Assembly: GCA_002269645.1 (NCBI GenBank)
Contig: NIVC01002213.1
Location: 1 to 64,000, forward strand
Length of the DNA: 64,000 bases
Direction: 5' to 3'
From: Macrostomum lignano
Taxonomy: Eukaryota
The notes beneath the pieces were generated by a model, which was not told the origin of the DNA, did no database searches, and saw only the letters and a list, made by a program, of their open reading frames with translations. The translations under genes and the position numbers were made by a program. Shown here one piece after another: positions 1 through 10,000 of the stretch. The stretch's first letter is position 1; every line of letters starts with the position of its first letter.

Positions 1-244
1 TGTGTAAGACTGGTCGGGTCAGGTATCATATTCTTAAGTTGAATATGACGTAAGTTGGAACTGGGGCACCTTTTACGAAATGTTTGAAAGCTGCCATGCA
101 GCTACATGTATACGAGATCATAGAACAGAGAGAAGCTAGCTCATTTAGCCCAACCTCAAGAGCCAGAATTCCGAGTGGGCAGTCGAAAAATTCTGCCCAG
201 CCACTGAAACATCAGTTCTGCGGCGCGCCAAGGGAGCCGACAAA

Positions 245-782
245 ATGATGATCATCGCAGCTACGACAGTTGGCATTATTCTAATCCACCGCATTTCTGA
301 GGGCCAAACATCAACAAAAGTTTTATCGGAGCTTCATAATCCCACCATCTTCGGCCTGCCTTGCGCAAAAAGCGGCCACACAGACCCTGGAACTTGGTCC
401 ACTCCTTCCGCACGACAATGCCAGTTCGCCACACAGCCCGCATTGTGCAGGATCCTACAGGGGACTATAGTGCATGGAGGTGCTGCCTCATCCTACTTAC
501 TCCCCAGACCTCAGTCCCTGCGATTTCAGCCTTTCAAAGCTTAAGAACCAGCTTCAAGGGTATTCAAGGGAACCAGCATCCAGGCAGCGAGATCGGCCGC
601 ATTGCAAAAGACCTGTGCGGAATCTGGCGCTGCTGACGGCGTCCACAAGTTGCTGGCTGCTGTAGCGCACGATTCAAACCAAGGGAAAGTTATTTTGAAG
701 GTTTTTGAGCTGTTCACTGTTCTGACACTCGTTTGCTGAAAATTAATAAGTGTTTTAATGAAACTTTGAGATGACCCTCGTA
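245..782 (+). mobile_element. Degenerate mariner (Tc1/mariner) transposon relic, 3' part with right TIR
   Basis: ORF 474-665 reads MEVLPHPTYSPDLSPCDF, the mariner YSPDLAPxDF motif. The end AAACTTTGAGATGACCCTCG|TA (761-782) resembles the TIR of the intact element at 28282-29592. The coding region is fragmented by frameshifts and the left boundary is uncertain. Confidence 0.85.
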
Positions 783-1398
783 TAGATGGAAGAATATCTT
801 TAATGCCCTCAAGCCTGCTATATGTACACTGTACATTCAGAAGTTACGTGCTCTTTTAGCATGGTATTAGATACTCTACATGTATAACATTAAATACATT
901 GAGTGCAAGATCGTTACATGTACGTCTATATATACAGCATGTATTCTGTAGTCCTTCAACATTATTTTGGTTCGAGTGCCGCGCTCTAATCTTGAGGTGC
1001 CAATGTTTAGAGTTCATAGTCCCCAGTCAAATTGCGGCAGTCACTTGTCGAAGGCCCCAAGGCCAAGACCCTAGGCCCCCTAAATACCATGCAGGATGTT
1101 GGGGACTGAGAGTCCCCTTTCGCGACATTAAATAATTAGTAAATGATCGGAGGCTGAGCCTTATGCGCTGAGCCATACTGTAATATATGAGCCGTACCTT
1201 TTTGTAATCCAGTTTGCCAAAACATATATATACGTACATGTAGAACCAACTTCGGGCACTTCAGGCACTGCGAGTTCACTCGATTCAGTGAAGGGTAGGC
1301 AGAGGCAGAGAGCTTCCAGCTTTCTGCCTTAAACTGACTGACTGAATTCATTCTCATAGCATCGCTCTATGCAAATAAGCCTGTCAGCTGTTATCAAA

Positions 1399-2919
1399 CC
1401 AACAGCTCCGCTGCTTTCCGCCGCTCCCCCCAACAGCTCCGTTGCTTTCCGCCGCTCCCCCCAGCAGCTCCGCTGCATTCCGCCGCTCCCCCCAACAGCT
1501 CCGCTGCTTTCCGCCGCTCCCCCCAACAGCTCCGCTGCTTTCCGCCGCTCCCCCCAACAGCTCCGTTGCTTTCCGCCGCTCCCCCCAGCAGCTCCGCTGT
1601 ATTCCGCCGCTCCCCCCCAACAGCTCCGCTGCTTTCCGCCGCTCCCCCCAACAGCTCCGTTGCTTTCCGCCGCTCCCCCCAGCAGCTCCGCTGCTTTCCG
1701 CCGCTCCCCCCAGCAGCTCCGCTGTATTCCGCCGCTCCCCCCCAACAGCTCCGCTGCTTTCCGCCGCTCCCCCCAACAGCTCCGTTGCTTTCCGCCGCTC
1801 CCCCCAGCAGCTCCGCTGTATTCCGCCGCTCCCCCCCAACAGCTCCGCTGCTTTCCGCCGCTCCCCCCAACAGCTCCGTTGCTTTCCGCCGCTCCCCCCA
1901 GCAGCTCCGCTGTATTCCGCCGCTCCCACCAACAGCTCCGCTGCTTTCCGCCGCTCCCCCCAGCAGCTCCGCTGTATTCCGCCGCTCCCCCCAACAGCTC
2001 CGCTGCTTTCCGCCGCTCCCCCCAACAGCTCCGCTGCTTTCCGCCGCTCCCCCCAACAGCTCCGTTGCTTTCCGCCGCTCCCCCCAGCAGCTCCGCTGTA
2101 TTCCGCCGCTCCCCCCAACAGCTCCGCTGCTTTCCGCCGCTCCCCCCAACAGCTCCGTTGCTTTCCGCCGCTCCCCCCAGCAGCTCCGCTGTATTCCGCC
2201 GCTCCCCCCAACAGCTCCGCTGCTTTCCGCCGCTCCCCCAACAGCTCCGTTGCTTTCCGCCGCTCCCCCCAGCAGCTCCGCTGTATTCCGCCGCTCCCAC
2301 CAACAGCTCCGCTGCTTTCCGCCGCTCCCCCCCAACAGCTCCGCTGTATTCCGCCGCTCCCCCCAACAGCTCCGCTGTATTCCGCCGCTCCCCCCAACAG
2401 CTCCGCTGTATTCCGCCGCTCCCCCCAACAGCTCCGTTGCTTTCCGCCGCTTCCACCAACAGCTCCGCTGCTTTCCGCCGCTTCCCCCAACAGCTCCGCT
2501 GCTTTCCGCCGCTCCCCCAACAGCTCCGCTGCTTTCCGCCGCTTCCACCAACAGCTCCGTTGCTTTCCGCCGCTTCCCCCAACAGCTCCGCTGCTTTCCG
2601 CCACTTCCCCCAACAGCTCCGTTGCTTTCCGCCGCTCCCCCCAACAGCTCCGCTGCTTTCCGCCGCTCCCCCCAACAGCTCCGCTGCTTTCCGCCGCTTA
2701 CACCAACAGCTCCGCTGCTTTCCGCCGCTCCCCCCAACAGCTCCGCTGCTTTACGCCGCTTCCCCCAACAGCTCTGCTGCTTTCCGCCGCTCCCCCCAAC
2801 AGCTCCGCTGCTTTCCGCCGCTCCCCCCAACAGCTCCGCTGCTTTCCGCCGCTCCCCCCAACAGCTCCGCTGCTTTCCGCCGCTCCCCCCAACAGCTCCG
2901 CTGCTTTCCGCCGCTCCCC
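1399..2919. repeat. GC-rich minisatellite, 29-31 bp unit (CAACAGCTCCGCTGCTTTCCGCCGCTCCCC), about 50 copies
   Basis: Direct reading of the tandem units; length varies in the C run. It explains the six long repetitive ORFs. Confidence 0.97.
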
Positions 2920-3494
2920 CCGCATGCCTCCAGATCTAGATTCCTTGGTTCTATCCGTGATCCAAAGATCCAACTATACAATGTCTCTATCAATCAAACA
3001 CTAAGTTTGCTGCTCAATCTGCTTTCCATATACCTTGCTTGAGGAGCATATGGATCAGTGAAGTCTAGCCAGTGTCGTTTAGATCGTCAAAAGCAATACA
3101 GCAAGGCATTACAATGTATTTCAAGCGATTCAAACGGCTATTACGCTAGTAGCATTCAACAAGATTGGTTTTGGCGCCATGCAATGTAAAATTTTTGGTA
3201 CAATGTCACGTCAGTAGATACGAAGTACTATAATAATTGTAATGCAGAACAGCGGCAGTAGCTAAATAATGACACCCGAACTTGAATTTTGCGATAATAT
3301 TACACGCAATAAATAGCATTAAAAAACCGGAAGGCAATAAGTAAAACAGTAATAAGTATAAGCTATTGAATCGCGAGTACGCAATATGCACCATCACAGT
3401 TCGCAGCTAGGCAAATAATTTTGGAAAGAAAATAACAACAAGGCACACCCAGTATTGTTGAGTTAAAAGTAACAGTTCACAATGGGAGGCGGTG

Positions 3495-4360
3495 TCAGAT
3501 CAGTTCTCTCAGTGCGAGCTCTCTAAAGGCGGCAACAGCGTGCGCCTGGCCAATCACCTTAGCGCCATCCAACAGGCAATCCGCGACGCGACTCGCCCGG
3601 CCGTAGCCCCGGTGCCAGGGGCCCTGCATCGTGAGCAGCAGGACGTCTTGCACTGGTTGAGAACAGTAGGCCTCCGCGTGGATGGTGTGGCCCGCCAGCT
3701 GATGTCTTCGCCTGCGGAGGGTCTCGCTAGGTGATCGCAGCAGTCTGGCAGCGCGGCGTTCTGCAGGACGACTCGGATGGAGCGGAAGGCCGCCCAGGCC
3801 AGGCCCCTGCGTCGCGCCAAGTCCTCCTGGACACTGGGCACAAGATCGCCGGGGTACGTGAAGCACGCGCAGCGAGGTAGAACTGCTGCATGACCGTCGG
3901 GTGTCCCAGCAGATGATTTTGATAGGCAGCTCCGCAGGTACAGTCATCACCTCCGTCTTCTCGATGTTCACCGCTAGCCCGACCGATGCCGCAGCTGCCA
4001 CCAACCAGGCTGTCTAGCATGCGCTGAGCTCCCTCAGCCGTAGAGGCGGGCAGCGCCAGGTCGTCGGCGTAACCCATGAGTGACAGCCGCTTCTCCGATT
4101 GGCGGCAGCTTGTTTGCCGGCACAGTAGGAAGCTGTCCTCATCTGTTGGCAGGGCCCTACGTAGCACCCCATCGAGCACCAACACGAAACGGTTGGACGC
4201 AAGCGTGTCGCCTTGCAGCATCCCTGAGGTCGTGTTGAACAGGCCGGATAGTCCGTCAGGTGTCACCACGGCGGCCAGGGTCTCCTAGAAGAGAGTTATG
4301 GTTGCTGCGACCAGTCGCTCCGGCACGTGGTATGACCTCAAGACCGGTGCGAGGACATTC
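3495..4360 (-). mobile_element. Non-LTR retrotransposon (RTE-like) reverse transcriptase fragment, disrupted
   Basis: VLRSYHVPERLVAATITLF*ET..VTPDGLSGLFNTTSGMLQGDTLA...MGYADDLAL...GLAVNIEKTEVM...QEDLARRRGLAWAAF covers RT domains 3-7. There is an in-frame stop near 4286 and frameshifts. Confidence 0.9.
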
Positions 4361-4429
4361 TGAAGAGAGAAAATAGAAATATTATTTTTCACTTCTGAAA
4401 AGGATAATTAAATTTTATTAGCAGAGCTA

Positions 4430-5580
4430 CGAGAAAGGGTGAGGCTGAATAGGAAAATAGGGTGGGGCTGGAGGGGCGAAGAGGTTGAGGCTGGGGTAGG
4501 AGAGGGTGAGGCTGGAGGGGAGGAGAGGATGGGGCTGAAGAGGAGAGAGTGGGGCTGGGGGAAGAAGGGGGTGGGGCTGGAGGGGACATGAGAGCGAGGC
4601 TGAAAGAGAACAAGGGTAGGTCCTGGAGAGAAGGATAGGGGCTGGAAGAAAGGAGAGGGTAGGTTTTTGGGGAGAAAAGGGTGAGGATTCAACTGGAGGA
4701 CATAGTAGGGCTAGAGGGGACGAGGGGGTATTGAAGGAAAGAAGAGAGTAGAGGCTAGAGGGTAGGAGGACGAGGTTGGAGGAGAAAAGGTGATGTTAGA
4801 GAGGAGAAAGGGTGAGGGCTAGAGAGGAGGATGAGGCTAGCGAAGAGAAGAGGGTGAGGCTGCAGGGAAGGAGGGTAGGGCTAGAGGGTAGGAGGGTGGG
4901 GCTGGAGGGAAGGAGGGTGGGGCTGGAGTGGAGAAGAGGGTGGAAGCTGGAAGGGAGGGCGGGGCTGGAGGGAAGGAGGGTGGGGCTGGAAGGTAGGATA
5001 GTGAAACTAGAGGCTAGGAAGGTGGGGCTAGAGGGTAGGAGGGTGGGGCTGGAGGGTAGGAGGGTGGGGCTGGAGTGGAGAAGAGGGTGGAAGCTGGAAG
5101 GGAGGGCGGGGCTGGAGGGTAGGAGGGTGGGGCTGCAGGGGAGAAGAGGGTGGAAGCTGGGAGGGCAGGGCTTGAGGGTAGGAGGGTGGGGCTGGAGGGA
5201 AGGGGGTGGGGCTAGAGGGTAGGAGGGTGGGGCTGGAGGGAAGGAGGGTAGGGCTAGAGGGTAGGAGGGTGGGGCTGGAGGGAAGGAGGGTGGGGCTGGA
5301 GGGAAGGAGGGTGGGCTAGAGGGTAGAAGAGGGTGGAAGCTGGAGGGGAGGGTTAGGGCTAGAGGAAAGGGGTGGGGCTGGAGGGAAGGGGTGGGGCTAG
5401 AGGGAAGGGGTGGGGCTAGAGGGAAGGGGTGGGGCTGGAGAGAAGGGATGGGTCTAGAGGAGAGAAGAGGGTGGAAGCTGGAGGGGAGGGTGGGGCTAGA
5501 GGGAAGGAGGGTGGAGCTGGAGGGTAGGATAGTGGAACTAGAGGCTAGGAAGGTGGGGCTAGAGGGTAGGAGGGTGAGAT
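4430..5580. repeat. Polypurine (G/A) low-complexity tract with a degenerate ~21-bp unit (GGGTGGGGCTGGAGGGAAGGA)
   Basis: About 1.15 kb almost purely purine on the + strand, with recurring GGG/GGGG runs. Confidence 0.9.
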
Positions 5581-7023
5581 TATGAAAAAAGGGTAAGAAT
5601 TTAATGGGAAAACATTGTGGGACTGGAGAGGAGGGCAATACTGAAGGGAAAAGAAGGTGAGGCTCTAAAGAAGAGAATATAGGCTAGAAAGAAAAAGGTA
5701 AGGTCTAGCATTAGAGGGAAAAAAGGTCACAACTAGAAGGATATCATGACTTTATAGTTGATTAGACTATGGCTAATTATTTCAAAAAGATTTTTATTCT
5801 AGGCATGCTTTATCTTATATAGTTATATTCCTACTTTTGATTCCCATAAAACAATATTATTAAAAAATTTTAATATAAAACATTATAAACATAGGCTAGG
5901 CTTAGGTCTTATAAAAAGATAGGCCTAAGCTACTTAAATTAAAGAACCAAATGAATTTTAGATCCAAAGAAAAAAAGATTCTTATTATCATTAAAAAACA
6001 TATTCTAATATAGCATAAAGGCTTTATAACACAAAAGAAAAGAAAATATTTTAGACTTAGACCTACTAGTCGATAGTAGAAAATAATCAATGATTTGAAA
6101 TAGAAGGCTATTAGATTTTAGAAGCCTAGAAAGCTTATTAAATATGCATTTTGCCTAGGCTAAACAAAAAATTGGATAGTTATGTAAATTTTAAATGATT
6201 CCAAAGTCTAAAGAGCAATAAATAAATCTGTAAAGTGTAAGCCTAACTAATTGGCAAGTGGTAAAATTTTATGTATAGGCAGGCTTATTTTAATTTAGCT
6301 AGCTAAAATGCAATTTGAATTGTACACTTGTTTACCAATATCACCCGTGGCTTATAGAACCGGCTGGTGCATACGTGCGCAAATGTATTAAATACAACGT
6401 AAAATAAAGCCAGAAATACATGCAGCGCTACACCGCTGCATTCATTACTGGGCTGCAAGGCCGTGTTTTCCGAGGATAGAATGGCCTCACGAGTGGGACA
6501 CGGCTGGCTGCGCGCATTTTAAATTCTTTCATAGAAAACGGAATTCTACCCGTATTCTATAACACGGTAAAATGTTACGGCTCGATAGACATCGGGAGTT
6601 TTTCATCTTATATTGCGCCGATGTTTATGGAAAACATAGGTGTTCTTTTGTAAAGTAATGGGCTGCATACGCCGATTTATTAAAAAATCAGATGCGAAAA
6701 TTACCAAAATCATCTAAGTCTGGCTTTATTTTGCTTTGCAGAGGTAAAATTCATGCATCTTCGATTTACCTACGTTTTGTTATAATTTGAGAGTTCATAT
6801 AAATTAGAAGTTTTGCCTATATTTGTGCAACCGCACGAGGATACGAATTTTTGCTTCCTTCGAAGTTTTTACTGTTTGTACTCTCTTATGGGTAAGATTA
6901 TTCATTTTTTCCTTTTCTCTCAAATTCTGTATTAATTACTTAACTTGCTATGCATGCTTTCTTTTGCAATACCTGTTTTCTAATTGTAGAGAGTCATTTT
7001 AAAGAGCGTCAATATTTCTGGAA

Positions 7024-10000
7024 ATGAATAACCGGCATCAACAAGACTACCAACAACCGTATCCTTTCTTAAAAATCTTTAAAAAAATATTATATGCTGC
7101 TAAATTAGCTTCATGCCGAATCTAAGAGTGTCTAATTCAATGGTATTTGAATTGGCCAGCTAAATCTTAGCTATATTTGTACTTTGTAATTATGTAAGCT
7201 AAGGACAAGGTTTGAAAATTTCCAAATCAAGAACTGCAATTTTAAATAGACACAGAAGGATTTCTTTATTACTCCTAGATTTTTATATATTTAATTTTTG
7301 TAGAATTACTTAGCATATTAATATCAAATTGAAAATAAATTTTTGGAAATATATAATAAATAAAATGCTATATTATTATATAGTATAGTATATAAATATA
7401 GTATATATTTTATAGTCATTGTATATACTTATAAATGCATTAGTTTTAGAAGGTAAAGTGGCTATTTTTATTGTCATGGAGAAATAGATTTTATTTATAT
7501 TATTAATTAATAATTATATTATGTAAGCCAATTAAAGTTAAAGACAAAAACCACTACTACTAGAAATTTCTATTGTTTTATATCAATATTTTAATGACAC
7601 ATTTTTTTAAAAATTAATAGCCTTCATTGCTTTTTATTTTAAGTTTGTTATTTGATCAAGTTTGATAGTTTTTGTTTTATGTGCTGATTATAAAAATAAC
7701 CATTTTGCTATTTATATAATTATCAAAACAATAACAATTCCTTACCATATTGAATAAATCAACTATTTTTTATTGATTAATTTGGTTTAGAATTATTTTT
7801 ATATCATTTTAAATTAATAATTTGATCATTACCAATATATTAATAATACAATTTTTCCAAATATTTAGTTACAAGGCTAAAAATTATAGCCTTATAGTTA
7901 GAATGTTGGATTTATAACTAAAAGGTTAGGGTTAGATTTCTGATGTATTTGTAACAATTTGTGTCCTTAAGCAAGACATTTAACTATATATTGTTTCAAC
8001 TTGCCTAGCTATAACTAGGAGTCACAAAATCCTAGATTCTGTCAATCCCAAGATTAAGAAATGTCAAATCCCGGGATCCAAGGATTAATATTTTTCCAGT
8101 ACCATCCTTGCTGTAACATTGTTATAATGTTATATCAATGCTGCAAATTACTTTTTTATCACGTGATTAATGTGAGAATATCCGCAAGTTGCAACTAAAA
8201 ATAAGCAAACACTATGCAAAGCTAAATAAATGTATGTACATGTATTACATATTATATAGTAGCACTAGCAGTATGCACATTGCAAAACAAATGCACATGA
8301 CTCATGGACATCCACATGGTTGTGGAGTTGTTGGCCCATGGCATGAGGCACACTCACTAAGTCACAAGGAGTCATAAGGACTCACAGTCACAATACAAGT
8401 TATAACCTACCACCGCCTGGGCATTCACATGGTCACTTGTCAGTCTAGAGTCTAGACTTGCGTGTCCTATGAGTTCAAAATTTAAAATCAAATCTCAACG
8501 TTAAATGATTTAAACAAGACTCAATTCAAACAACATTAAAGACCTTACAAAGTGGGCAATGGAGCATGGACATGTATGCGTATATATTCCATATTTGAAC
8601 TAGCTGCCATTTTATGATAAAATACTTGTGATTATATCAAACATTATAAAAACATAGCATTAACATTCCGGGATTGAATCTGGACCTATGAATCCTGGGA
8701 TCCCAGGATCCTGGAAAAAGCGCTAAATCCCAGGATCCCAGGATTGTGACCCCTAGCTATAACCCATAGTTCGGATCATGGCAGGCATATGCCAGAATGA
8801 AAATTCATGTTTATGCCAATGTAAAATAAATAAAAAATACACCAAGACTAAAATTGTTTATACGACATTTTTAACAAATATATATTTTTAGGAATTCAAA
8901 ATTTTTACTAAACTTTAAAACAGCTATTTTTTGCTAAAAACTGATATTCTTTTGTTTTAATTTTGATTTTCTTGTGATTGCATTAATGTTTTCTATTTTA
9001 GTTTCCAATTATTTTTAAAAAGCTTTCAACATTGGTTGATATTTAACTACACAATTACATTAGCCTTGAACTTGGCAATTTTTTGTATGCTGACTCTGTA
9101 CACTTCATGTTGAACCTGAAAATTCTATATGCCAAGTGTACGCCAAGATTGTCAGCAAGAGCAAAAATATACTAGAAAATTCTGGCATAAAGGCCACCTT
9201 CCAGACTATGGGCTATAACATGGGTACCAACATTAGCCAAGATAAATAAAGGTATATGTGGCAACTTCCTAGTCCTTAAACTAAATAATAGCTATGTATA
9301 TACCCTTTAGATGTGCTACATAATAGTTGCTACTAAGCTATTGGTTGCATATCTCTTAGGGCAGGTATAATAAACAATTATTATATTATTATTAATATTA
9401 TTATTATTAGCCATGGAATTATTCTTTTTTCAAGTTTTGCTTGCCTAATGAATATCTCATAAATAAAAAACAATCTTAAAGCTCATGGTCTATAATAGCA
9501 ATATTTATTTAAACAATTAATATTGTTGCTCTTTGGCAATTAGGCATATGCTACTGAAAATGTTACATAAACAAATGTATAATCTAAGTAGCTATATATA
9601 AAACAGAAGCTAGGAGATAATTGAATTAGCTTTACTTAAACAAGTATACTGTAAGATAATTTAGTTTTAGGATAATAGCTTATAAATTAGTTAACTTAAT
9701 TTAGAATTAAAGAGCTAGCATATAAATGTGACTATTTTTTCAAAATTTCTTTATTTTCCTTAACTGCCAAAATTAACTAACTCTCCAAACAGCCCTTATA
9801 TCCAAGGTAAGATATTGAGATTCCATTTCTTTCTATATTAATTTTCATAATTTTACAAACTTGATATATTCTATTCATTTAGGTCCTTATCAAACGGAAT
9901 TTCAAGAGGGAAATCGTGCGCACTTGGTAAGCAACCAAATTTGTGTAGTACTTTTATTTTCATACAATACTTACATTACCCATGGCTGATGAGTTGTGGT

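Larger units (their letters stand above)
7059..9792 (+). other. U12-type (minor spliceosome) GT-AG intron of eIF4G
   Basis: 5' splice site GTATCCTTT at 7059; branch site TTCCTTAAC at 9756-9764; CAG acceptor at 9792. The phase joins exons 1 and 2 in frame (QQ-P-PYIQG). Confidence 0.8.

Noticed and set aside
1329-3042. Six long ORFs (409-557 aa) on both strands
   Set aside because: They are translations of the 30-bp minisatellite, which lacks stops in all frames; no non-repeat coding context.
4796-5638. Pro/Ser-rich and Gly/Arg-rich ORFs
   Set aside because: By-products of the polypurine tract.
7921-7936. GGTTAGGGTTAG here and CCCTAA units at about 33430 as telomeric sequence
   Set aside because: Only 2-4 imperfect units in interstitial positions; not a telomere.
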